Part shown: positions 16,787 to 25,771 of the stretch, piece by piece
Numbering within the stretch: position 1 is the stretch's first letter
Layout of the letters: the number at the start of each line of letters is the position of its first letter
NCBI GenBank assembly: GCA_003566935.1
Contig: PXBM01000152.1
Coordinates: forward strand, 1-29,719
Direction: 5' to 3'
DNA from: Syntrophomonadaceae bacterium
GTDB lineage: Bacteria; Bacillota; Dethiobacteria; DTU022
Length of the DNA: 29,719 bases
The notes under the pieces: generated by a model
What the model saw: the letters and a program-made list of their open reading frames with translations, nothing else
The model's database searches: none
Told to the model about the DNA's origin: nothing
Made by a program: the position numbers and the translations under genes

Positions 16787-16994
16787 TCCTTTTTCACCCC
16801 ATTTTCTATCTTGAAGAAAATACAAACAACTCTTTATGACAATTCGCTCAAAACAACTTGCTGAAGAAAGATATAAACAAGCAAATGAAAAATAATTTTA
16901 TTTAGCACAACCATTTTTACTGTTTCATCATAAGGCTGCTGCAATGTGTCAATAAATTGATGATCAGCTCAATGTGCCATGATAATAAATTGGA

Positions 16995-18098
16995 TTAACG
17001 CTCCCAGCTATTTTTTATAGTCACGCCCAGGTTCTCAAGTTCACCTATAAACTGGTCCGGGTTGTCGATTAACCTTTCTGCAGCGTATATACCGCCTGGT
17101 TTCTGATTCCATTTTCCCTCGGCAAGCCATTTAGCTGCCAAATAACAGGGAAGAGAAGTGATATCGGCAATGTGCCCCACATAGCAAAAGCTTACTTGTT
17201 CGTTTTGCCCTGAACTATTTTGTCCGCTAACATCAACCCTTCCAACAGATTTGTTGTTACCTGAAGAAGCAAACCAGCTTTCAATACGGTGAAAAAATCG
17301 AGCAGCAGCAAGCCGCTTTTTATGATTCGAAGTAAGACCCAGGGCTGCCAGTAATTTTAAAAGGGTTACTATGTATGGGGGCTTTACGCCACCATGCAGG
17401 GTAACTTCTGTTAACCCGGGCAGATTGCGGGGCAGAGAAACAGATTCGGCATGCCCGGTATAATAGACCGGATTTAGGCCAATTGGATCCGGAAAATGGA
17501 CATTTTTTTTACCAGTCCCGGTTTTTACGCTAACCTCGTTACCATTCAGCCATTGCAGGGTAGTGCCGGTAAATATATGAAAAAGATGGGCCAGGTTTGA
17601 AGGGCCTACGGGCTCATCAGATCCTGCACACCAGTGGACATTTATTTTTTCCGGCTTATCTAGAGCAAGGTAGCCTTTTTTTGCTAAAACCTGGGTTAAG
17701 CCTGGCGAATTTCCGAACCCGGTTAAAATTTTTATGCCTTTTGTGCAGGCCTCCTCCTCGAATTTCAGGATCTCAAGGTACGCATCATAGTCATCGCTGA
17801 TAGAAATATAGTCCCTCCCGGCTTCAAGAGCAGCTTTAACCATTATTTTTTCATAATAGTAGAATGGGCCAATATAGCCGATTGAAAAATCATGTTCTTG
17901 CATAAGGCATACCAAAAGCGAAAAATCATTAGCATTTACATAAGCTGATTTAAACTTTCGTTTCTTCCCTGCAATTTCTTCCGCTTTTTCCTTGTTTAAA
18001 TCTGCTACCGTCACTTCTGTAAAGGCGCTGTCGTCAGCAAGTTTGGATATAAGAGGTCCAGCCATATCTGCACAACCACCGAGCAGTAATACTTTCAT
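16995..18098 (-). CDS. Saccharopine dehydrogenase family NAD(P)-binding oxidoreductase
   Basis: N-terminal Rossmann strand-loop, VTVADLN, IGPFY, YISISDD, GFGNSPGL, YYTGHAES. The ATG at 18098 is the properly spaced start after AGGAG. Confidence 0.8.
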   Translation of the reverse strand: MKVLLLGGCADMAGPLISKLADDSAFTEVTVADLNKEKAEEIAGKKRKFKSAYVNANDFSLLVCLMQEHDFSIGYIGPFYYYEKIMVKAALEAGRDYISISDDYDAYLEILKFEEEACTKGIKILTGFGNSPGLTQVLAKKGYLALDKPEKINVHWCAGSDEPVGPSNLAHLFHIFTGTTLQWLNGNEVSVKTGTGKKNVHFPDPIGLNPVYYTGHAESVSLPRNLPGLTEVTLHGGVKPPYIVTLLKLLAALGLTSNHKKRLAAARFFHRIESWFASSGNNKSVGRVDVSGQNSSGQNEQVSFCYVGHIADITSLPCYLAAKWLAEGKWNQKPGGIYAAERLIDNPDQFIGELENLGVTIKNSWER

Positions 18099-18156
18099 AA
18101 AGGCCATCTCCTAACTTTTGCATCAAGGAAACCATCTCCCTGACACTCTTGATCTG

Positions 18157-18522
18157 CTATTCCGCATCCAGCCGCTCGCTGGCTTGAATGTTTAGAGGAC
18201 CTACTTCCCTGGTTTGCAGAACAATAGTTATTTCATAATTACCCGGATCAGGGGCCGCTTCAGGGACATGGATGACTGCCTTTTCTTTTAGCCCGAAATG
18301 AAGGGCATTGTCATTGCTTAAATCTTTACCGGGAATGGTTTTGTCGGATAGTCTTATAATTACATTTTCCGTATAATCTTTATCGTTTAAAATAAGGCTG
18401 TTTATACCGACCAGGTGAGCAGGAGCTACCGGGTTGATCAGGGTAAAAGCTAATCCGCCTTCCAGGAAGGTTAGGGAGCCCTTTACAAAAATCTTTTTCA
18501 ACATAAAGGGTGGTATTTGCAT
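18157..18522 (-). CDS. Small uncharacterised beta-rich protein (MQIPPFMLKKIFVKGSL type)
   Basis: 121-aa ORF with AAAGGA RBS, tightly packed in the operon, with alternating beta-strand patterning. I recall similar N-termini in hypothetical proteins but cannot confirm a family. Confidence 0.6.
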   Translation of the reverse strand: MQIPPFMLKKIFVKGSLTFLEGGLAFTLINPVAPAHLVGINSLILNDKDYTENVIIRLSDKTIPGKDLSNDNALHFGLKEKAVIHVPEAAPDPGNYEITIVLQTREVGPLNIQASERLDAE

Positions 18523-18540
18523 CAGGTTTCATCCTTTCTT

Positions 18541-20577
18541 TTATCTACTTAATCGAATTGTAACCTCATAATACTTTTCTTCTCCGCTTTTTAACTCAAG
18601 ACTACTGCACCAGGCAATCTTTTGGTGATAACCTTTACCTGTTGAAGAAGGTTCCATAACTTCCCATTTGCCATCACCCAGGGTCGTTTGGACTACTTTG
18701 AAAAATAATGAACCCTTAGGTGTAAAATAGTTAAACCCATTTTCATTAAGCTCATAACTATAACCTTTATCACAACGTAATGAAAGCCCTGGCGCTCCTA
18801 CAAGACGGCCTTTGAAAGCATCATTAGCATATAAAGTGGTTCTAATCCTTAATAGTTCGGCTTCCATGATATAGGTTTGCTTAAAACGCAACCCGCTATA
18901 GGAGATTTCAATTTCAGGATGACCTTCTTTATCTTTTCTTATTTTTCCGCGGTTTATAGGAACCTCAATAGTAGAGTCGGGTAACTCAAGATCCGGAAGA
19001 TCTGAAGTAGACCATTCACCTTCTCGCAGAGATTGTTCAAGAACAGGCAGCATGGTTTGACAACCCTGCAATCCAAGCATGGCAAGACCGGCTACTCCTG
19101 TATTATGAACCCCGGAATGAGGATAAGGTGATATATCACTGCCTGAGAAAATAACATAATAAAAATGTTCATTGCTCTGTGCAGCAAGCCGGGAACCTGG
19201 ATAAATAAGTAAGTTTTCTTTTTCAAGCTCCAGCGGTTCTTCCTGCCAGTTATCGGGAACCAGGTTCAGGCTTCGTATTAAAAAGTAAGCATTGGTGCCG
19301 TTGTAAGGAGTCTGGCAATGGCTCCAACCAATTAATTCTTCCGGGTAACTGTTAAGTCCAACAGGATAATTACCCTCACTCAACTTGAAAGGCCTGATAT
19401 AATCCAGGACTAACCGGACAGCACGGTAAAATCGAGGTGCAAGATCGTCCCTATGAGAAGCAACTTTCAAGTATACATAAATCGATGATACTAAGTGGTA
19501 TATATTGTTAGCCGATCTGCCAAGGTAAGATACTTCACCACCCGGTGTAGTCATTGAAAGGCTAAACAAAGCACCCTTCTCAAGCATTAACCATACTTCT
19601 TCCAGTGGAAGATAATCATAACCGCGAGCCAACCACGAAAGCGCATAAAGGTGATAAGTAAGGTCGTGGGCATCGTTGTAACCGCCAAAAGAGATTTCTG
19701 AGTAGTTGTTGTCCTGGATTAAACCATCGACAGTCTGGTCCTGTTTCAGCCGGCTGAGAAGTGAATGAGGGTCATAACTGCTCTTTACGCCCTGAATTTT
19801 TTCCAGGTAATAGTTAAGCAGTGACCACCAATGATAGCGCAGGGCGTAAACATTAGTGGGGGAGTACTCCTCATTAGTAATCATTTCATCATATAAAGAT
19901 CGCCAGCGTACAATATCCACATCTTCAGATTTTCCAACCATAAATTCTTCCACTGTCTCAATATAGGCCGGATTTTTAAAATCACAGTGGGGCATCCCGT
20001 CTAAGTATGTCGCTTCATAGCGAGGGTATATCCGCGTGATAAAGTCAAGAGCAGCCTTAGCGGCCTCCAGGTAATGGTCGCCGTAACCGTTAGCTGCCAT
20101 CCAACCGAAAGCATAGGCTGAATACGCATCAGCATAATAAGTTCCTGCTACCTGCGGTTCAAAAAGAAAGGCTTCCATATTAACCAGTTCATCGAAAATA
20201 CCACCACTGTCATAGGCAATCAGCTTTAACTCATTATTATTTTCACCGCAAAATCCACTGAATTGATATGTAATACCACCTTCACCATTAGCAGGGTTTT
20301 TTATCTTGTGACCGGGATAAAGCCGGAAAAACTGACCTTCTTTAACCTGCAAGAAACTGTTCTCTCCTTCTTCGGTATTTACCAGAAGTATGTCACCCTC
20401 CCGCTTTGCTATAAAAGCATATGGACCCGGATCTTTACGAATAAAGTGGTATTGCAAACTGGCTTGTTCTCCGTTTTTCAGAGAACAGGAAATATCTTCT
20501 GCAATGACCTGGTAATTATAGAGATATTCATTCATACTCCATATCTCTTCTTTTATTATCCTGCTTATATCATTCAC
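18541..20577 (-). CDS. Uncharacterised 678-aa protein, probably a helical barrel/toroid plus C-terminal beta domain (carbohydrate-active-like)
   Basis: Long ORF whose RBS lies within the end of the upstream gene. The aromatic-rich helical core (YLEAAKAALDF, HDLTYHLYALSWLA, TPGGEVSYLGRS) is followed by a beta-rich C-terminus. Function is inference only. Confidence 0.5.
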   Translation of the reverse strand: MNDISRIIKEEIWSMNEYLYNYQVIAEDISCSLKNGEQASLQYHFIRKDPGPYAFIAKREGDILLVNTEEGENSFLQVKEGQFFRLYPGHKIKNPANGEGGITYQFSGFCGENNNELKLIAYDSGGIFDELVNMEAFLFEPQVAGTYYADAYSAYAFGWMAANGYGDHYLEAAKAALDFITRIYPRYEATYLDGMPHCDFKNPAYIETVEEFMVGKSEDVDIVRWRSLYDEMITNEEYSPTNVYALRYHWWSLLNYYLEKIQGVKSSYDPHSLLSRLKQDQTVDGLIQDNNYSEISFGGYNDAHDLTYHLYALSWLARGYDYLPLEEVWLMLEKGALFSLSMTTPGGEVSYLGRSANNIYHLVSSIYVYLKVASHRDDLAPRFYRAVRLVLDYIRPFKLSEGNYPVGLNSYPEELIGWSHCQTPYNGTNAYFLIRSLNLVPDNWQEEPLELEKENLLIYPGSRLAAQSNEHFYYVIFSGSDISPYPHSGVHNTGVAGLAMLGLQGCQTMLPVLEQSLREGEWSTSDLPDLELPDSTIEVPINRGKIRKDKEGHPEIEISYSGLRFKQTYIMEAELLRIRTTLYANDAFKGRLVGAPGLSLRCDKGYSYELNENGFNYFTPKGSLFFKVVQTTLGDGKWEVMEPSSTGKGYHQKIAWCSSLELKSGEEKYYEVTIRLSR

Positions 20578-20580
20578 AGG

Positions 20581-21930
20581 TTAACCTCCTTCCCTTTTAT
20601 TTTTACTTCTTGACCTCTGTGTAGTGAGAAGTTCTACCGATTTTTCTGTGATTTTTCTTCCTGCATCTTTCGAAAGACGACTGGTGTATACAGTGCGGTG
20701 CGTTTCATACCCGCCCCGATTGAAGGCCTCTTCAGTGGGAACATATCCGCAGTAGCCATTTGTCAACTCAAAAATCAGCGTAGCAGGGAAAGGGGATTTT
20801 TGCCTAACTTCCAGACCGAACTCACAAAATAGCTCTGCCGGATTTGTTACTATTGCTATATTGCCTATCTTTATAAAGTCAATTTCGACCACGCAGCTTT
20901 GTAGCCCCATCTTTTCCAAGGCACCTTTTTCCGGATCATACCGCAGTCTCGCATATTCCAGTTCCCAGGGGCCTTCACCTCTACAGCCATCTTCGCAAAA
21001 ATTTGACTCGCTTAGTGGGCGATCTTCAATTATTAATATTTCACTTTCATGTTCAAGGCAGGGATTGTCATGCACCGTTAATTTTTTAAGAACAGATATG
21101 ATTTTTTCTGCATAAAAACTGCTGATTTCTGCGGCAACTTTTTCCTGGCTGGGGCAGGGTTTTCCTAACTCCGGCCTGGGTAGCAGATTGCCTGATGGGG
21201 CGGGGATAACTGCAGCTGACTGCAGGGAAGGAAAAGCCTCTCTTAAACGGCTGCTGATTATACCATATATATCGCTGTGGTAAAAACCGCCACCAAAGCT
21301 ATCGCAACAGTTATTATGAAAAGCCGGGTTTACAATAAGAGCCACATAGTTATTTTCCAGGTCTTTGAATGCAAGCAAGCCTACAGTTTCGTCAATCGGG
21401 CCTTCAGCAGGAAGGTTATCAGACCACTGCTCAAAAGAATCAACTATTCGAATCGTCCCGTCAGATTTCAACCTCCTCCTGTTCCCAATTCTTCCTGGCA
21501 CCTTGATTTCTATTGCACCAACTTCTGCCGGCTGTCTTTTTTTACGGGCGTCTTCAACACCTTCAATAATTCTTGATATCAACATTTCCAGATAGAGAGG
21601 GTCAGGGGTTCCACCCGTTATAAAAGTAGGGCAGACCGTGGGAGCATTATGAGTATGGGTTGCCGAAACAATAACTCTGTCAGGTTTTATTCCCAACCGA
21701 TATCGGCATTGATCCCTGATGCGAAGAACCAGGGATCGATCAATAAAACTTAAATCAGCACTAATAAAAATAACTTCCTCACCACCGCGGCAGCAATAGA
21801 TTATGCTGGCATGAAGAGCTGTCTCTTCAGGACCTGGTTCATATTCAGTGTTGTTGTAATTAACCATTGCTGCGCTGGGTGTAATATCTACATTAGCTGC
21901 ACCAATCATGAACATGTCCATTTCTTTCAT
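20581..21930 (-). CDS. Neutral/alkaline ceramidase-like (N-terminal domain family) metal-dependent hydrolase
   Basis: IGAANVDITP, ISADL, IVSATHTHNAP, NRR, AFHNNC, PAELF, ELTNGYCGYVPTEEAFNRGGYE. The start could be 21930, 21921 or 21912. Confidence 0.75.
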   Translation of the reverse strand: MKEMDMFMIGAANVDITPSAAMVNYNNTEYEPGPEETALHASIIYCCRGGEEVIFISADLSFIDRSLVLRIRDQCRYRLGIKPDRVIVSATHTHNAPTVCPTFITGGTPDPLYLEMLISRIIEGVEDARKKRQPAEVGAIEIKVPGRIGNRRRLKSDGTIRIVDSFEQWSDNLPAEGPIDETVGLLAFKDLENNYVALIVNPAFHNNCCDSFGGGFYHSDIYGIISSRLREAFPSLQSAAVIPAPSGNLLPRPELGKPCPSQEKVAAEISSFYAEKIISVLKKLTVHDNPCLEHESEILIIEDRPLSESNFCEDGCRGEGPWELEYARLRYDPEKGALEKMGLQSCVVEIDFIKIGNIAIVTNPAELFCEFGLEVRQKSPFPATLIFELTNGYCGYVPTEEAFNRGGYETHRTVYTSRLSKDAGRKITEKSVELLTTQRSRSKNKREGG

Positions 21931-21948
21931 CCTTTTATGATTATCTAT

Positions 21949-23781
21949 TTATTCAAACTGCTTCACCGGTTCCCGTGGTTCCAATTCCGCCTGCCCCGAT
22001 ATCTCTTTTATGACAATGTAGCGCTGCCATTGGGGATCCCGCCGTGGTAAGGGGGTATTGTCAGTCGGGCAGGTAAAGCGCAGGTGGGGACCCCTGCTTT
22101 CATCCCTCAACTGGGCAGACCTGAGCACTACTTCAGCCAGTGTGGTCATGGCAGGCAACTCCACGGCCTGAACCAGTCCTGAAGAATCCATTTCGAATGG
22201 CATTTGCCTCAGCTCTTCCAGGAGAACCAGTCCTTCCTTAAGCCCTTCGGCAGTCCGGACCACTCCGGCACAGCTGCTCATTATTTTCTGCAGCCGGGAG
22301 AGATATTCGCTGGCAGTAAGGCCTCTTGACTTATAAAGATCGTCAACCTTCTCAAGAATAATGTCCACTTCACTTTTTGAAATAGCCCTTGCTTCGGTCT
22401 GCTTTGCCCTTAAAGCAGCCTGGGCCCCGGTTATTTTACCGAACACCTGGCCATCAAGAAGGGCATTTCCGCCTGGCCGGTTGGCCCCATGCTGCCCTCC
22501 GGCGCACTCGCCTACAGCGTATAAACCTCTTACCGCAGTTTCTCCCCGGTCGTTAATCTTAATCCCACCCTGGAAGTGCTGTGCACAGACAGCCACTTCT
22601 ACCATTTCGCCACTGGTTATATCTATTCCGTGCTTTTCAAGCCACGAAACAGAATCGGGATTAATCTCCTGCAGGCGTTTTAGCGGGCTTTCCTCACGTT
22701 CCTGCAAACTAATTTCATTTTTTATCTCTCCCCTGTATCGTTCTTTAAGTGCACTCTCTACTTGCTGGTATGTAAACCCTCTCGGGTTTTTGGAATAATC
22801 GAGATAAACCTTTCTGCCGTTTTTCCGTTCTTTATAAACAGCAATATCTATAATGCGGGTATCGTGTTCGTAGCTAACTGGCCAGGTAGCGCCCTTGCGG
22901 AAAATGAGGCCTGGTAAATCTGAAGGGTCTATCCCTTCAGGTAAGTAGTCACTGATAAATTCCCGGCCTTGATCATTAACAAATCTCGGGAAGGCCCGCA
23001 TCATGCTGCCAGAGCAATTTAACCTGGTTTTCACAGAAGCTATCCCAAACTGAATAAACTCCATATTTACAAGTTCCGCACCGGCCCTGTAAGCTAGAAT
23101 TGCGCCACTGCCGCTATTGCCTCTGGGGAATACATTGTCTGCATAAATAAGTCCTCCGCCACCACTGGCCATAATTACGGATGAAGCGTTAACCACCAAA
23201 AGTTCTTCCCCCTGGCGACTTTCAAGCAGGCCAATTGCTCCCCTGATGCCTTCATTGTCTGAAATCAGCTCAATGATTGAGCAGTTTTCAAGTAACCCTA
23301 TATTGTTTCTTTTAAACTCTTCAACCAGGGCTTGTTCTATATGCACAGCTGTGTATGGGCCTGTGTAGCAGGCCCTGGCATAGTGAGATCCATCTGTTAC
23401 AAACTGATCTGTTTTTCCATCACATGTAACAAAAGGAACACCCAGTTTTAGCAAATATTCAAAAGCCTCACAGGCATTGGCTGCCAGAATAGCCGCCAGG
23501 TTTGCATCTGATACACGGCCCCCTATTTCGTAAATATCCCTGGCATGGTAAAACCATGAATCTTCACAAAGAGGTTCAGTATGCGGCAGGGTAGCATGAA
23601 AAGCCATCCGATCCGAACAGGCAAGGGCAGTCACCCCGCTCTGGCCAAGCTTTCCTTTTGTCGCCAGGTATATAGAAGTTTGATCATCCTGTCCACGTGC
23701 CGCCAGGGCAGCCCGAATACCACCGCCACCACCTCCGACAACGAGGATATCACATGTGATTTCATGAATATTTAACTTCAT
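21949..23781 (-). CDS. FAD-binding oxidoreductase of the SdhA/FrdA/NadB (FAD_binding_2) superfamily, stand-alone
   Basis: DILVVGGGGGG, VIMASGGGG, GAELVNMEFIQF, QHFQGGI, GLYAVGECAGGQHGANRPGGNALLDGQVFG, RDESRGPHLR. Confidence 0.85.
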   Translation of the reverse strand: MKLNIHEITCDILVVGGGGGGIRAALAARGQDDQTSIYLATKGKLGQSGVTALACSDRMAFHATLPHTEPLCEDSWFYHARDIYEIGGRVSDANLAAILAANACEAFEYLLKLGVPFVTCDGKTDQFVTDGSHYARACYTGPYTAVHIEQALVEEFKRNNIGLLENCSIIELISDNEGIRGAIGLLESRQGEELLVVNASSVIMASGGGGLIYADNVFPRGNSGSGAILAYRAGAELVNMEFIQFGIASVKTRLNCSGSMMRAFPRFVNDQGREFISDYLPEGIDPSDLPGLIFRKGATWPVSYEHDTRIIDIAVYKERKNGRKVYLDYSKNPRGFTYQQVESALKERYRGEIKNEISLQEREESPLKRLQEINPDSVSWLEKHGIDITSGEMVEVAVCAQHFQGGIKINDRGETAVRGLYAVGECAGGQHGANRPGGNALLDGQVFGKITGAQAALRAKQTEARAISKSEVDIILEKVDDLYKSRGLTASEYLSRLQKIMSSCAGVVRTAEGLKEGLVLLEELRQMPFEMDSSGLVQAVELPAMTTLAEVVLRSAQLRDESRGPHLRFTCPTDNTPLPRRDPQWQRYIVIKEISGQAELEPREPVKQFE

Positions 23782-23784
23782 TTT

Positions 23785-24882
23785 TTAATCCTCCATCTTA
23801 ATAACTGCTTTAAGGGCCTCTTTTTCTTCCATAGCTTTGAGAGCAGCTGTAGCATTTTCAAGTTTGAAGCGATGACTGATCATTTCCCTGAAAAGAATAG
23901 GATTCTGCAGAACAAGGCTGTAAGCCATATAGGTATGACGGATGTCGCTAACCCATACCCCCTGGATATGCAGGTTACGTTTGACAATATGATTGAAACA
24001 GTCCAGGGCAGCCCGGCCCCTTGGTTCTCCAAATCCTGCCATCATATATACTCCACCCGGGCGAACCAGGGTGACCCCTTCTTCAACTACTTCCGGCAGC
24101 CCTACTGCCTCAAAAGCATAATCAACACCCCTGCCACTGGTAGCTTCCATTATAATTTGTCGGCGTTCTTCGCTGCTGTTTGCGTGACGATCCAGCAAAA
24201 TATCTGCACCGAAGCGCCTGCACATTTCCAACCTTGATGCAGTTCCGCCGATTACGATTATCTTGCCTGCCCCAAGGGCCCTGGCAAAGGCCACCGCAAA
24301 AAGACCCAGTGGCCCGGGACCCTGAACCAGTACGCTATCACCAATTGAGGGAGATACCATATCAAAAGCATGGGCAGCCGTAGAACCTGAACAGGTTGCA
24401 GCCACCAGCACCGAGTGTTCTATTTCTCCTGGGACAGGGAAAAGAGTTGTTCCGGCATCAAGCAGAATATGTTCAGCATATGCTCCTCGCAGGTGCGGGG
24501 CAGACTCAGAAGACCTGTTTATACCGTAAACCAGTCGATTCTGGCATAGTGAAGGCTCTTTAACAATGGCACAATAGTAGCATTCACCACAGGTTAAACC
24601 GCGGTGCCAGAGCACGGCGTCGCCCTCTTTGATCCTGTTACCCATAATATCGTGACGCTCTCCTGTAAGAGCAGTTACCCTGCCTACACCTTCGTGGCCC
24701 AGGATGATAGGTAACGGTGTCCGGGGATCTTCCCCTTTCCACATATGGACATCAGACCCACAGACCCCGGCTGCAGTAACCTTAACCAGCACTTCCTTTT
24801 CGCCTGGATCTGGAAGGAGAAATTCTCTCATCTTTAGAGGTTTATTAAATTCTTCCAGGACCATCGCCCGGCTTTTCCCCAT
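23785..24882 (-). CDS. Zinc-dependent alcohol/polyol dehydrogenase (MDR superfamily, resembling Thermotoga TM0436-type)
   Basis: GVCGSDVH, ILGHEGVG, structural Zn motif CGECYYC...C, GPGPLG. From memory, GEDPRTPLPIILGHEG and VYGINR...PHLRG resemble the TM0436-like subfamily. Confidence 0.88.
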   Translation of the reverse strand: MGKSRAMVLEEFNKPLKMREFLLPDPGEKEVLVKVTAAGVCGSDVHMWKGEDPRTPLPIILGHEGVGRVTALTGERHDIMGNRIKEGDAVLWHRGLTCGECYYCAIVKEPSLCQNRLVYGINRSSESAPHLRGAYAEHILLDAGTTLFPVPGEIEHSVLVAATCSGSTAAHAFDMVSPSIGDSVLVQGPGPLGLFAVAFARALGAGKIIVIGGTASRLEMCRRFGADILLDRHANSSEERRQIIMEATSGRGVDYAFEAVGLPEVVEEGVTLVRPGGVYMMAGFGEPRGRAALDCFNHIVKRNLHIQGVWVSDIRHTYMAYSLVLQNPILFREMISHRFKLENATAALKAMEEKEALKAVIKMED

Positions 24883-24919
24883 AACAGTTCACCTCGGAAA
24901 TAATTTGTCAATCCGTAGT

Positions 24920-25765
24920 TCAAGCCAGCCTGGTGCGAATATATTCCAGGTTTGCTTCTGACCCCTCTAACAGGGTCTGCTCTCCAGTAAGGGTATGAGT
25001 TTCGATACTGATCCCTCCGCTGTATTTATCAGACTGCAGAGCTTTTAATTGACCATCCCAGTTGATTGCCCCATTTCCCATTGTAACTATGTCGCTGCCT
25101 GATATGTCCTTGGCATGAATCAATTCGATAAAAGGCTTTACTTGATTGTATCCAGCGGGGAAAGGCACCTCTTCGTGGTTGTATGCGTTAGCAGGATCCC
25201 ATATGGCCCGAAAATGTTTGTTATTGATATCTTGCAGCAGCCTTGCCGCCTCGCTACCGGAAACGGCATAACTCATATCTTCGTTTTCCAGCAGCAGAAT
25301 TTTACCTCTCTCCGCAACCATCTCCAGAGGAAGTGCAAAAGCTTCTATAAGTGTTTCCCAAACTTCATCCGGCTCTTTTTCTCTAAAAAAAGCAAAGGTC
25401 CTGATAAAAGGCGCATCAAACCTATCGGCCAGATCGATGCTGTGTTTGAGAATACGCAGATGTTCAGCATACTGGCTGTCATCCCTATTAACCAAAGAGC
25501 GGTTTTCTTTTAATCGCTTTACATCATCCCCGTTAAGTAGGGCCCTGAAAAGAGTAGGACATATAGTTTTAACCGGTAGACCTGAAGCTTTAACCAGTTC
25601 ATAAGTTTTATTCACTTTGTCTCCGGATAGCTCGCATATGTTTTCACCTGCCACCCAAAGATCTCTTAAGTCAATGTAATCAAGTTCTTTTTTTTTGGCC
25701 CAGCTAAGAGCTTCTTCCAGGTTAATGGATATCTCGTCTGTTACAGCACCTAATGAAATAGGCAT
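24920..25765 (-). CDS. Sugar phosphate isomerase/epimerase (xylose-isomerase-like TIM barrel, AP_endonuc_2 family)
   Basis: TDEIS start and a metal-ligand set E (LLENE), D (WDPAN), H (IHAKD), E (SIETH). Confidence 0.82.
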   Translation of the reverse strand: MPISLGAVTDEISINLEEALSWAKKKELDYIDLRDLWVAGENICELSGDKVNKTYELVKASGLPVKTICPTLFRALLNGDDVKRLKENRSLVNRDDSQYAEHLRILKHSIDLADRFDAPFIRTFAFFREKEPDEVWETLIEAFALPLEMVAERGKILLLENEDMSYAVSGSEAARLLQDINNKHFRAIWDPANAYNHEEVPFPAGYNQVKPFIELIHAKDISGSDIVTMGNGAINWDGQLKALQSDKYSGGISIETHTLTGEQTLLEGSEANLEYIRTRLA

Positions 25766-25771
25766 TTTATA

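Noticed and set aside
16928-16953. Minus-strand TTGACA...TATGAT as an internal promoter for the SCP2/aminotransferase/transketolase block
   Set aside because: The spacer is only 14 nt, too short for a sigma-A/70 promoter. An internal promoter in this gap remains possible but is unsupported.
21949-23781. Annotation as sdhA/frdA or nadB
   Set aside because: The QFHPT His and the covalent-FAD His are missing, and there are no partner subunits or NAD biosynthesis genes.
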